From Utricularia gibba (Eukaryota; Plantae; Magnoliophyta): DNA of 64,000 nucleotides. Under the pieces are notes generated by a model that did not search any database, was not told the DNA's origin, and saw only the letters and a list, made by a program, of their open reading frames with translations. Below, in pieces: positions 13,521 through 27,400 of the stretch (position 1 is the first letter of the stretch; every line of letters starts with the position of its first letter). A program made the translations under genes and the position numbers. The stretch covers positions 496,001 through 560,000 of the forward strand of contig NEEC01000012.1 of the NCBI GenBank assembly GCA_002189035.1, written 5' to 3'.

Positions 13521-16019
13521 TTAAGACAGGGAGTGCAGCTGCCCATTGACGTCAGAATCCGATGCCGCTAAATGAAGCACATCCATGGCCTCGCTTACTT
13601 TTTTCTTCAAGGCATCTGGGGATTCGATGAGGTGAAGCACCTCTGTCTGGTCCATCTCCAGTAACATGCCTGTGACCTTTCCTGCATAATTTCTTTCCAG
13701 TTGTTCAACCAGAGGATACAGCTGCTCTCCCAACATCTGCAGTGAATTCCAGAGTAAAGACTTGAGGAAGCTATTGAGGGAATCATCATGGTGAAGCTTA
13801 AGGTAAACAACCCAGTTACAAACCATGCGCTGGTTTTCTGGAGTACCAGAAGCAAGAGCTGAAGCAAGATTTGCTCTTGATAGAACAGAAGAAAATGGAA
13901 TTTCAAAATTTGTTCCAGCCTCAACAGGAGCTGTCCGACTTTGTGCGATCACCGCGGAGTTAACACCATTTCTTCTGTCAACAACCTGATTTGAGTTCCA
14001 CTGCATCACAACATCAGTGAGTAGGATGCATCACAGATATTTCTCCTCGGTAGGGAAAGAAATTTCACCTGTTGGTGGTACTGTGTTTGAGAATTTCCAC
14101 CTCGCCTAGAACCTAATCTCTGGCCTAGCTGAGGTGGTTGCTGAAGTTGGGACGGCAAAATAAAGTTGGAAGGAGCCCCAGCCTGTAATCCTGTCAACGA
14201 CTGCCACTGAAATCCATATGCAGGAGCTGGAGGAACGAGACCGGGGCCAACCGGGCCAAAGTAAAGCTGCTGTTGTGGAAGTCTAGGCGCGGTGGTCTGA
14301 AATCCCAGGCTTCCTTGGAATGCTGCTGTCAATGCACCTGGCTTCTGCAGCTGACTGAATTGTGCCTGATCAAAAGGACATAAGCTGAAACTCTCAAATC
14401 CAGCATAGAAACCAAAGTAAATCAGGTGATGGCTTGCTTAATTCATGAAGCATGAGGAACATATGCCCATAGCTAGAGAGTCGAACACCTTAAGCCACGT
14501 CTTCCTTTCTTCTTTCCTTTGTGCCACTGCAACATACAACGGTTTCCTCCCGATCATCTTCCCATTCATGTCATTCATCTGAACCAGGAGCAAACAAAAA
14601 GGGAGAATGCACAGGCAAGTAGGTATCAAGAAGGCTCTGGTGCTGGATAATTAAGTAAAGCAGAAATGTCTCATACAGCCTTTGCAGCTTCTTCAGGTGA
14701 TGAAAACGCCACGAAGCCTGCACCCTTGCTCATCCCCTTTGGATCACGCATCACCTAAGCATATCCATCAAAGTCAGAATCAAGAGGAACAGTAGAAGGA
14801 ACTCAGGGGCTGTTTGCAACCTTGGACGAGGTAATTGTTCCAAACTTGGAGAATAGCTCGTTCAGCTTCTCGTCGTTGATGCTGTCATCGAGGTTCTTCA
14901 GGTACAAGTTGGCTCCCTTCATTTTTTCAAATCTTCTATTCCTCTCTTGCTCAAACTTCGCTCTTAGCAACGCTTGCCTTTCAGCTTTCTTCTCAGCCTT
15001 TCCAACATACAAGGCTTTCCCCTCCAGTGACACTCCATTCATCTTCTCCACAGCAGCCGCTGCAGACTCAGTGCTCTCGAAATTGACAAAGCCAAAGCGC
15101 CTGGATTCCCCACTGGCTTCTCTCATGATAACGGCACTGGTAATGGAGCCATAAGGGCGGAACATGTCCTTGAGCTTCTCATCAGTGGTGCTCTCACTCA
15201 GGTTGTTCACGTAAACATTTGTGAATCTGGGGGATCCTTGGCTCTGACTCCGTTCTTGCCAGCGAACGAACTTTCCAACATACACCTTCTTACCATTGAT
15301 GAGCATCCCATTCAACCTCTTGATTGCATCGTGTGCAGCCTCCTCCTTGTCGAACTGAACGAATCCATGGCCCTTGGACTTGCCATTGTCGTCAACGGCC
15401 ACCTTGCAGGAGAGAACCGTCCCGAAGGAGGAGAAGGTGCCGTGGAGCGCCTTGTGATCTATGGAATGATCCAAGTTCTTGATGAACAGGTTAGCATACC
15501 CACTCTTTCTCAGGCTCGGGTCTCTTTGAGAGAACATGATCCTCATCGGCTTGCCATTGAGAGGGGTGAAATTCAACGCATCCTTGGCGGTGGTTGCTGT
15601 GGCATGGCAATCAATGGAAACTTCCCATGAGTTCACATACCAAAAGATGAGGTGCATGATGTTCTATAGAATAGAAACGTAATCATCCGGCATGAACACA
15701 GTTTCTACAGAACACTAAAATACACGTCGTGGTAGTAAATAAAAATAAAAGAGAGATGCATGGGAGAGGCACCGTCGAAAGCATTGATGAAATTGACGTA
15801 GGCGTAACCCAGGGAGCGCTGCGTCTGATCCCGGCAAACCCTAACGGAGGCCACCGGGGCCACCTGATTGAACACATCTAAAAGACGGTTTTCATCCACC
15901 GTCTTATCCAGATCGCCTACGTAGAGCGCGGTGTTAGGGTACATCATCCCCGCCGCCGAAGTCGTGGTTCCCAAAACAGCCGCCGTCACGGTAGGTAATG
16001 TTACCGCCGTCGCCGCCAT
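13521..16019 (-). CDS. Polyadenylate-binding protein (4 RRM + PABC/MLLE), 7 exons
   Basis: Exons 16019-15773, 15596-14821, 14754-14677, 14578-14489, 14365-14069, ~14000-13824 and 13736-13521. RRM motifs [49 protein letters not shown]-terminal [13 protein letters not shown]...[12 protein letters not shown]. Confidence 0.96.
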
Positions 16020-16426
16020 GTGCATCCGATGTCAGTTTCAGAATCTGGATGGAACTCGCGATGCACATCTACGTATCCATGGAAACTCCATCAAAAGTTA
16101 CTCAGTCGTTGTGGGATCAGATCAGGCTTGTATTAGAGACTGGGCGGTGATCCTGTGCGTGCGTCCCCAGGTAATCCTGCATGGGACATCCTATTCTGGA
16201 AATAAAAAGTGTTAATATTCCACAGTACACACGGTGAAACTGGACAAATAGTGATTAGAATTGGATTTTAGTAGAATTATCGAATCAATCATGTAATCAG
16301 AATTATTTTACCTCCCGTGATTGTTCATATCTATATTTAATCCTAATTACTATAGTTCATATTCTTCTCCTTAGATATATGAGCTCAATCTAAAATTCTC
16401 ACATTCCTAGATTAGTATTTTGTAGT

Positions 16427-16533
16427 AATCAAAATTACATTATTAAAGAAAACATTATGAAAAAACATCAAATATCAAATTAGAATTTTGTTATAATCAA
16501 AATTGCATTAGTAAAGAAAACATTATGAAAAAA
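16427..16533. repeat. Short direct duplication (~39 bp core, 68 bp period) in the PABP upstream region
   Basis: AATCAAAATTACATTATTAAAGAAAACATTATGAAAAAA at 16427 and AATCAAAATTGCATTAGTAAAGAAAACATTATGAAAAAA at 16495. Confidence 0.6.
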
Positions 16534-17320
16534 GCAATTAGTCAAATTAAATGTATGAGAACATACTAAAACAAACAAAACTTCATCACAAACATAAGAA
16601 CTTGAACAAACAAAACTTCATCACAAATCCTTATTCATGAAAATCTATGCTCACATGTTTTATTTTAACATGGAAACAAATTCGAAAAATATGAAAATCA
16701 AAATAAAAAAAAGTTGTCAAAAGAGGTTTCTAAAGGTTTAGGTAATGAGGTTATTTAGCATAAGATTTAAATCTTCTGTTGGACTTATATGATTTAAATA
16801 AGAATATATTTTAAAATTTTTTAACCAAAATATTTTAAAATTATCTTCAAATCTTTATAGGAATTTCGAATTATGGATCAAATGTTCATTTATGGACCCT
16901 CTTGAAACCAAATTCGTGCATTTTCAAATCAATAAATTTTTAAATCTTGATTCTTGCTCAAATTTACTGAAAGTATCTTAAAAATCTATAAAATATATTT
17001 TATCTCTTAAAATATTAAATTAATACAAAAAGTATAAATCAATAAAAACTAATAAAAAATGAAGCATAAAATGGTTACAAATAACTTTATATACTGATAA
17101 AAAAAACATATTTTGAAGTAATACAATATCACTTATCACATTATATTGGTATTTAAATAATTTAATAAATTAGAGATGATACATTTTTAAAATATTAATA
17201 TAAATAATTATAAATACAATGAAATTATATCTTCTTCCCCATGATACAGTGCTACCACATGTCGTATTTTGAATTTTTTGTAGCTAATTGGTAAGTCAGC
17301 AGCTCATTAAATGCTTGAGC

Positions 17321-20300
17321 TCATAAACTGGAGGTTTATGTACTAAAAGATTCAAACAAAGGGAAGATAATGTTATAGGATGAACAATGCAGCAAATATT
17401 GCATACTTGCTTTTTACAATAATGAGTAATTTATACATTTTCACATATTAGGGTTACTTTACAAAATTATAGCAATACCATTACTTAATTCCAACATCTC
17501 ACTCAAATGAGCTAGGCATAGTATGCAAAGTTTGCCTTTGAAAAATTCAAAACGCAGTCAACTTAAAGCCTTGGTGAAGAAGTCGGGGGATCTGATCATC
17601 TAACTTGAAGTAATTAAGCATGATCTCTCCTTTTTTAACTTTTCTCTGAAAAAATGATGGTCAATCTCGATGTGCTTCTTCTTATCATGGAAAATGAGGT
17701 TCAAAGCAATAACAGTAAACGCAGTCAACTTAAAGCCTTTGAGACTGACCTTGATTCCCATTAAGAAATTCAACAACTTCCGAATCCAGACTACTTCTAC
17801 AGCTGTTGCGGACAAGGCTCAATACTCAACTTCAATGCTAGATCTTATAATGGCGCGTTGTTTATGATTCTTCCATCCAATCAAACTACTATCAAAATAA
17901 ATGCAAAAACCTGTTATTGAGCATCTCATAATGGGATTGGTAGCCCAATCGACATCACAATAAGCCACTTTGGAGTTTAGACACAAATGTTGTGAATTAT
18001 CCATATGCAGTCTCAATCCTTGAAATAAGCTACTGTGTACAAAATGAAGGATTCGTTTTAAGATACTGAAGTGTTCCCTGGTCGGTTGATGCATGTGTTG
18101 GAAAACATTGTTCACATTCTAAGTAACATTTGGGTGGGTCAATTTCAAATACTGCAAGCCACCAGCCAAACTGAGAAAAAGCTCAGGATTATCCATGAAA
18201 TCAGAGGAACACTCATCAGAAAGTTTACTTGGAATAGTTGCTTGTGTAGGACTCACCGTACAGTTGCTCATCCCTACCTTTTGTAACAACCGAATAGCAT
18301 ATTTTGTTGTCGAATTGAGATGGTATTCTGGTGCCTATCAATTTCCAGTCCCAAAAATTAAGTGTATTTTCCCATGTCTATCGTGCGAAATTTGATCGAT
18401 GTTAGACTGCTCAATCGACTCAAGAGTGTATTCGAGTTTCCTATAAGGATAATATTATCAAGATATAGTAACGAAATGGCTAAGTCATTTTCTTTCTGAT
18501 AAATATATAGCGAATGGTTAACCTCAACCTGTATAAAACCAAGATTGATAAAAGCAGCTTGAAATGTTTGAAACTAACTATGGTACACCAACTTAGAACC
18601 ATAAATGGATCTTTGTAGTTTGCAAACAAACTTGTTTGGATCTCCCTATGCGAACCCAGCCAATTGCTCCATGTAGATGGTCTTAGTCAATTCTCCATTC
18701 AAAAATGCATTCTTTACATTCAATTGATGTAATTCCCAACCACTGTTTAGAGCAATTTGCAAAACAATCCTAACAGCCACCATTTTGATAGTTGTATCTT
18801 CATCATGAAAGGTTGTCAATTCCTCTTCCATCAGCGTTGGCTCAATGGTTTCTAAGGTAAAACCAGAGGCGGGGATGTTATCAACTACTCAATCACAACA
18901 AGCAATTGCATTATTCAGAGTGGAGACATCAACCAGAGTGTTGAGAGCTTGCAGCAGACTATTCACTTGTAGCTATGTAGAACACTTCATTAAAAAAAGG
19001 AAAATTAGCTTCATCAAATGTGACATCTCTAGAAACATGAATCCTTTTTGTCGTTATATCAAAACAACGGTGTCCTTTCTTCATCAAATCATAGCCAAGA
19101 AAAACACAAATGATCGCCTTTTTTCCAAACTTATTCCTGTGCTTAGGAGAAATGTGTATGAAGGCACTACATCTAGGGATTCATAGTTTCAAGGGAGGTT
19201 GGGGTCAACCATGAAGTAAAGCATGAGGTGAGATTCCATGCAATATAGCTATAGATAAGAAGTTAATAACATAAACTGCAGCAGAGAAAATCTCAGTCCA
19301 CAAATAATTGGGAATTCCAGCATGAAACATGAAGGTTAAAACCACATCACATATGTGACGATGTTTTCTTTCGACTATGCTATTATGTACCGAATGATTT
19401 GTACACGCACAGTGATTTAGAATATCATTCTCCTAATGAAGGGATTTAAAATCATTATACTCACCCACTCCATTACCACATATAAGACAAATCTTTTGTT
19501 GAAAATAATTTTCAACTTGGGTTTTGAATTGGCGAAAGTTGGTAAAAAACTTGGATTTACGGTGGAAGAAATAAATCCAAATGAATTTACAATATTCATC
19601 AACAAAAAGAACATAATATCTTAAATGGTTGAGAGATGGACTTGGAGCTTCCCCCAAACATCAGAATAAATGAGTTGTAGGGGTCTAGAACTATGAGAAG
19701 TGGATAGAAGAAATGCTACTCAAGTGTGTTTCCCTAAGTGGCAAGGGTGACAATGTGATGGAGAAAATTGAAATGAGAAGAATCAATAGGAATTAATTTT
19801 TGATTGCATAAAGAGCTTAATGTTTTAGAATTACAATGGCCAAAATGTTCATGCCATTATCAAACATCTGAAACAAAAAAAGAGATAGGATAGGACCAAG
19901 AAACAAATACTGAGACAGGCTCCAAGTTACGACTCCCATCAAGATAAGAGAGGTAGCCCCAATGTGTTCAATTAATAAGCGAAATCTTAGACACTAGATC
20001 CTTTAGAAAAATAGCAAGAGTAAAGGTGCATGATGCATTAAATTGAGAAAACATTGAAAAAATAGACAAAATGGAACTTAAAGGTGTGGACTAAGAAAAC
20101 ATTAGGGATAAGAATAGACATATGAGGTATTTCCAATTTAATATACCCATACTGTGTGATGATGTGATGAGGATAGTTTCCAATGAAAATAAATCCATTC
20201 CCAGAGAGTAAGGTTGCACTGAATAAAATTCACTTGCATCACCAGTCACATGAGCAGCAGCTTTGTTGTCCAGAACCCATCCATATTCATTGGAGTTAAT

Positions 20301-21544
20301 GTTCATCTTGTGCAAAAGAGTAATAGTCTCATTGTCCACTACACAGTTTGGAGGATTATAAGTTATCGAGGAAGCATAATAAGCTTGAAATTGATTTTGT
20401 GGAGCTGTTTCAGAATTGAAACCTGACATGAAAGAAGGATAAAGCTACCTTGGGGTCCGAAAATTCTGTAGGTAGTTTGCCTAAAAACCAAAAATATCAT
20501 CATTGTATATGTCATAACAATGATTAGCACCATGTCCCATTCTATTGCGAATTTGGCAATGAATAATTGAGTGATTGCTTGAGCGACCTCCTCGTGGTAG
20601 AAAATGACCATCATGTGATTGATAAGGTTGTGCACGTTCATCGTAACCAGCAAAATATTGCATAAAAGATAGCTGTGGCTGCTGAAAATTATTTAGAACA
20701 AGTGAATTTTAGCCATATAGCCATATAGACAACTAATGTAATTTGGCTAGCCTTCACGATTTCCACGACCATGAAAATCATCAAGGTTAGTTGCTAACAC
20801 CTCAAATTCAACATTGATACTAGAGTTAAGTTGATCTCGACCTTGTAATCTTTGCTCCTCAATAAGAAAAATCATCAAAATATTATAAAAAAAATGACAA
20901 AGGTTGTTTTCCATGAACTGCATCAACCATGTAGATATCCTTAAAAAATATTGATGTCAAGAACTTGCATCAATCTTTCTTCAATAAGCATGTATTTTAT
21001 CCAAGACACTACTTGTAAATCATTAGCAACTCAATCTTCATATGCATGATTTACAAATTCAACTTCCTTCACCTTGATTGTAGTCTTCTATGGTGTCAAA
21101 TAGACTTATTGACATAACCAATCCTTCGTTGACTTGCTAATAAAGTCCACTTAAATTCTGCCACACCATATAATTATTTGCATTGAACTTAATTTAAAAA
21201 ACTTGTGTCAATAAAGCAAAAAAGGATAAATCTAATGATAAACTTGACATCTTCACTCAAGAAATTACAATGATCAAAACTTTATCAATAGCGATAAAGT
21301 GTAATAGAGAACTCAAAAGAAACGATAACAAAGACAATTAAATAATTTCTAATCCTACTTCTGACACCATGATAAACTCGATGTTTTTGTGCTAAAAGAT
21401 TCTAACAAAGAGGATGAAAATACAAAAGGATGAATAATGCGAAAGACGACATGCTGGCATTTCACTATAATGAGTAATTTATACATTTTCATATATTAGA
21501 GTTACTATACAAAATTATAACAATGCCATTACTTGATTTCAGTG
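17321..21544 (-). mobile_element. Degenerate Ty1/copia element, Ale/Retrofit-like, with short (~175 bp) LTRs
   Basis: Similar LTR copies at ~21370-21544 and 17321-17496. PBS-like TGGTGTCAGAAG at 21359-21369. Gag knuckle relic HCQIRNRMGH; protease relic WVLDNKAAAHVTG; integrase YYVLFVDEYCKFIWIYF; RT WELHQLNVKNAFLNGEL and YCDVDWA; RNase H KHIEIDHHFFREK. Many stops and deletions. Confidence 0.85.
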
Positions 21545-21559
21545 CTGACATTACAAAAT

Positions 21560-21910
21560 CGTACAAGAGTCTAAAACCAGGTATACGGTTCTTGCACACT
21601 CTCGCCCATCTCTTGCGTGAGTGTCTGAAACTTCGTAAGCTTTTTACTTGCACCACATCTGAGTAATATCATAGCAAGAACGCTGTACGAAAATCATTGC
21701 ATGCTGCATCCTCCTCTAAGTATCTTCTATGAGCCCTCTACCATCGCACTGCATCTCCACTAGAAAGTGTTTGACCATTGTCGCTCTAATCCACTCTGGA
21801 GTTTCAAGGAGTTGTAAACTACTAGTGAGCTCATCCAGTCACCTCTCTCTCATCTAGGGAACCCTCACTGAAGGTGGGCACTTGTGCTTTCTTTAGGCAA
21901 AGATAGTATG
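21560..21910 (-). mobile_element. Ty3/gypsy gag relic
   Basis: Frameshifted translation gives KKAQVPTFSEG...LVxDAVRW...NDFRTAFL..Y....KFQTLTQEMGESVQE, the pattern of the retrotransposon gag core. The element probably extends to ~22840. Confidence 0.55.
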
Positions 21911-22840
21911 TTTGCACCTACTCATCACTAACTCCACCATGTTGCTCTGTACAACTAGCCTTCCACCCGCCTGCATAACTGCCAACACCAGTGTGGTGAT
22001 GCATTCCACCAATGAATCCTTAGATGGCATTGTAGTACATCCCTCACTGTGTCCAATCTCGCCTTAGCAGTAACCTTGTTGCCAGTCTCGATACTCAGTA
22101 CTAGTAGCACACCCTACCAACCTACAACATCAATACAAAATGCACCTCATTAGTCCATTTCCCACACTGACAACAATGAGCGACCCAACAGCGAGTGACC
22201 CCACCGACCCAAGCACCCTAACCTAGCTTTGATATCAACAATAATGGCATTGCTCGGATCCTACCTGGATCCTATCTAGGACTACCTAATTCCCTATATG
22301 TTGGGCACACTTCCGGGAAGTCATAATCTCTAACTATAAAATCTGGTACAACTCATAAGTTATGTAAAAAAAAGTCTACCAAGAGGCTCATAGGCTAATT
22401 TACAATAGACTGAAACCCAAAAGACAGGGCAGACCTTCTCCCCAAAACTTGCACTCGAGGCACTCTGGCCACCTTTATTCCATATACTATGCTTCCCCTC
22501 ATCACTCACGCCATTCTTTGGGTCATCTGTGCTGCCCCTGAAGCTCCGCACTACAGAGAAAGATCAGGTGTCAATCTCCATGGTTCCATCAAATTTTAGC
22601 ATACTTTCATAGACTTCTAGTCACGTAACCCACTATCAATACCCAACCATTCCCCGACTCAACCTCTCTCTAACTCCCACAGTAACTGAAGCCTCTTCAC
22701 ACACCCAAGTACCTCTCAAATAACTCTCATTTGCTCGCACCCTCACCCAACACCTAGTCTCATCTACCCTACTCTCACTCTCACCATTGTAACTTGCACA
22801 CCATGTTAACCTCTATACACCCTGTACACACGCATCTCAC

Positions 22841-24342
22841 TGTTAGGTTTCTCGTAGACATCGCATGTCTTTGATGTAGTGGAATCTAAAATTTTTCAAG
22901 AAGCTCAAACCATAGATATTGAAATACGATATATATCAGATAAAACGATTCTAAATGTACCTTTTAGTGCACTTCGTTGTTCACCAACTAACAATAGTAA
23001 ATGGCCTCTATGGTGTCCACACATGAAGCACTCCGTTGATTACCTTTTCAAGGCCATGGAATGATGGTCGATCTCCTCAAATGGTAGTCAAGAAAGTCGC
23101 CATTTGCAAATAGATTTCAGAGAGAATGAAGATATGAAAATCTCTACGGATTGAATCTGTCTGATTATCTTATATAGATATTTGGTAACATATCTAATCA
23201 AATCTGCATGAAAATCTTATCTTGTGGAAATCTAATAGATATATATATGTTCTCAAATCTTATCTATATAAGATCATTTATTTTGAGTTTAATCAATATT
23301 AATCTCAAAATAACTCTCTATTTAATTTATCCACTTTATCAGTCACATCTCATATAATTGTGTCATTTTATTTCATATCGATGAGTAACTTTATTATTGT
23401 GTGTACCTCTGTAGGCTTCTTCAATCAAGATCGTAATAATGAATTTATTAATCAACTCTTAATTTATTAAATTCATTATTATCGATCATGAGTGATGTTT
23501 AGCAACATATCATGATCCCCAAGATGTAAGAATAATCAGGTAAACTAATTGAGTCTTTCTATGACCAGCCACTATGCAATAAATAGCTTTCATTATACTT
23601 ATATCTTATTTAATATCAAAAAATGTGTGTGTCTTTTTGATGTATCAAACTTATAATTGCATTTAAGCACTTGACCTACTTAAACTCTTCGAGTATCATT
23701 ACCCTGGGCCCAGGACTTATTTTAGGCTTTAATGCAATTACTTGAGATAAAATCTCATATCTAACATGAGTGATGAATCCTTTAATGATCAATTAATTAT
23801 CTCCATCCTTAAGGAGTCGTATCCCTTCTCATCCATACTAGGCAAGCCATGGTTAGACCCCCATTAGTAATGAGCGAAAATACGAGCTTAAGATCAAAAT
23901 AACTTTATTAATCTCAAGTCTAAATTTACATGGGTGTCATATTCAAGATCTTGCTACTTATACTTAGTTTGATTCCCATAGTAGCATCTTGAATACGAGT
24001 CATCTACTAAATCTATTCTCTAAACGATACCCACATATTGGTTCTAGTAGTCTCATTATATCAATTGTGAAAACCATTACCTAAACAATTTAGAAAACTC
24101 AATGTGTACTAGCTTATCCACATTTATGATATTCTGATTTCACAAATACTTTAGGTAGAAAATTTTTAACTTGAACATAAATATTTGAAAAATCTCACAT
24201 TATGATCTTATCATAATTTCGACAACACATAGATCAAGTAGAGGATTTTATCATTCATATGAATTTGATCATAATTCAAAATAAATAGCAAAAGATAAGA
24301 CTTGCTAATAAGTTGATTGTCTCTAGAACACATATACTGACA
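22841..24342 (-). mobile_element. Solo LTR of an Angela-type copia family, 1502 bp, TSD CTCAC
   Basis: Minus-strand start TGTCAGTATATGTGTTCTAGAGACAATC, end ...GAAACCTAACA. CTCAC at 22836-22840 and 24343-24347. Inverted homolog of the LTR at 24447-25957. Confidence 0.92.
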
Positions 24343-24446
24343 CTCACCCATGCACGTGATGCCTCGTGCAATGCTTGTTCTGCATTCCTGCATGTGCCGT
24401 AAGCTCTATGTGGTCGGCACAAATCCATCCTCTATTGCTTGACATG

Positions 24447-27400
24447 TGTTGGTGTATGTGTTCTAGAGACAATCAACTCATTGGCAAATCTTATCCTTTG
24501 ATGTTTACCTTGAATTGTGATCAAGTTTACATCATTGATAAAATCCTCTACTTGATCTATGTGCTATAGAAATTATGATGAGATCATAATGTGAGATTCT
24601 TCAAGCACTTACGTTCAAGTTAAAAAAAAACTCCCTAGCTAGAATATTTTTGAAATGAGGATATCACAAATACGGATAAGCTGGCACACATTGAGTTCTC
24701 TAAATTGTTTAGGCAATGGTTCTCACAATTGATGTAATGAGATTACTAGAACCTATGTGTGGGTGTCGATTAGAGAATCGATTCACTGGATGACTCATCT
24801 TTGAGATGCTACTATGGGAAGCTAACCAAGTGTCAATAGCAAGATCTCGATTATGACAGCCGTGCAATTAAGCTTAGACTTGAGGTCAACAAAGTTATCT
24901 TGATCTTAAGCTCACATTTTTCGCTCATTACTAATGGGAGCCTAACCATGGCTTGCCTAGTATGGATGAGTAGGGATGTGACTCCTTAAGGTTGGAGATA
25001 GTTGATTGATCAATAAAGGATTCATCACTCATGTTAGCGATGAGATCATATCTCAAGTAATTACATCAAAGCCTAACAGTAAGTCCTGGGCCCAGGGTAA
25101 TGACACTTGAATTGTTTGAGTAGGTCATTGAGTGTTAGTGCTTGAATGCAATTATAAGTTCGATACATCAGAAAGACACACACCCATGTTCTGGTACCGA
25201 ATGAGATATAAGTATGATGAAAGCTGTTCATTGCATGGTGGCTGGTCATGGAAAGGCTCAATCAGTTCACCTGATTATTCTTTAATCTTGGGGATCATGA
25301 TATGTTGCTAGACATCACTCATGATTGATAATGATGGATTTGATTAATTAAGAGTTAATTCATAAATCCATTATTACGGCCTTGATTGAAGAAGCCTATA
25401 GGGTCACACACAATAGTGGAGTCACTCAATGATATAAAATAGAATGACACAATTACATGAGATGTAATTGGTAAAGTGGATAAATTAAATTGAGAGTTAC
25501 TTTGAGATTAATATTGATTAAACTCAAAATAAAAGATCATATATAGATAAGATTTGGAACATATACATATCTCCACAAGATAAGATCTTTATGGAGATAT
25601 GATTTGATATGTTACCATATATCTATCAAAAAGATATGATCTTGAGAGAAGCTCTCCTCGAAGGTCTTCGTGCTCTTTGAGACTGATCCACAAGGAGGCG
25701 TTTTTCTCTACTAACACCTGAGAAATTCGACCAGCATTCAAGAGCCTTGAGAAGGTTATCGATGGAGTGCTCCACGTGTGGATACCATAGAGGCCGTTTG
25801 CTATTGGCGGTTGGTGAACAACGGAGTCATCTAAAAGGTACTTTGAACATCCATATGTCTGATTTATACCGTATTCCAAGATCTGCGTTGGGGGTTTCTC
25901 AAAATTTTTAAAATTCTGCTGCTTTTGAGATATACGATGTCTACGAGAAACCCAACAATGGTATCAGAGCGAGGTTACGGAATACGTGTATACGTTAGAA
26001 TCTTTGCTGATTTCACGAGATGTTCTCGTATGTTGCCTTGCTGGTGACACATTAGAATCTTTGCTGATTTTATGAGATGTTCTCGTATGTTGCCTTGTCG
26101 GTGACACATTATAATCCTTGCTGATTTTTCGAGATGTTCTCGTATGTTGCCTTGCCGGCGATCATGATAATAGCATGTGATGCACGAAATCTGATTATGT
26201 TGGATTGTTTTGCTGCCCTAGGATGCACGAAATTTGATTGATGATTGATGCTTTTGAGAATCATATCTTACGTGTATATGCGCAGCATGTTGATGGTTTA
26301 TATGTGTGTAATTATGGGGCATGATGGCCTTTGCACGAATTTTGATCATGTTGATCATATTGGTGAATTATCGATGCATATGATGTTTGATAATTTATTT
26401 GTGACCAAGGCATCTAGGGTCAATTAGGATTTTCGAGCTTTATGTATGAAAATCCAGGGAAATGATGCGTTATGAACGAAAGGGCAAGGGTTGTCAGGAT
26501 TCCTATCTGATAGGATATCGATATCCATAGTGCAAGTGTTGCCTATGGAAAAATCCCCTATCAAATAATTAAGCTTATTCCTTCCACTGACATAAGGAGA
26601 ACGAGAGTCATTTTTAGTGCATAGAGTTGTTGGCTACTGTCAAGCTCTCCACTACACATGACATGTTTGAATTATGGAATTAGATTCACGGTGGGTTGGC
26701 TTAACTGATTTTATCAACTTGTTGACTAAAGCCAAGGTTGGTAAAATTGGAAGAAAGGTTGAGGTAAATAGTTTTTACATCAAGAGTTGATGACTCAATG
26801 ATACAGTGGTTGTATGAGAGATACAATTGGCATGAGATGACTACCTGTTTCATTCATTAAAGCTTGTTGGCTACAATCAAGGTGGAGATGAATGAAATGG
26901 GACACTATCCCACTAAGAAAATCTGATTTTCTCGTTTTGTTAGTAAGGGGCTGCCATCTCGAAAAACATAGTGGGAGTATATCACATTTAATAAAGACCA
27001 GTTAGATGTGATTTAAGGAACACTACATGATGTGTTTGCTTTCTCTTCTTCAGGTTGAAGATATGTCTTCCAGCGTGAATTTGAGATCCATTCTAGAGTC
27101 CAACAAGTTGGTTGGCTCGAATTTTACTAATTGGCACCGCAATTTGAGAATTGTTCTCAAGGCGGAGAAGATTGCTTACATCCTTGAGCAAGATGTTCCT
27201 GCACAACCTAGGGCTAATGCAGCTGAAGATGTTCGGCGTGCATATCAGAAGTATCTAGATGATGCTGAGCTTGTCTCCTATATCATGCTTGCTTCGATGG
27301 CCCCTGATCTCCAAAAACAGGCGATGACTTGCCAACAGATGATAACACACCTCAAGGATCTTTTTGGTGAGCACTCACGACTTGAAAGGTTCAAGACATC

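Noticed and set aside
14822-15630. Long plus-strand ORFs antisense to PABP exon 2
   Set aside because: Shadow frames of a GC-rich coding exon with no independent motifs.
25995-26163. Regularly spaced repeats as a CRISPR-like array
   Set aside because: Units are contiguous with no unique spacers and sit in a eukaryotic retrotransposon leader.
27027-27062. ORF-track N-terminus MMCLLSLLQVED on copia gag
   Set aside because: It lies in a polypyrimidine/acceptor-like leader. The homologous gag starts at ATG 27063.
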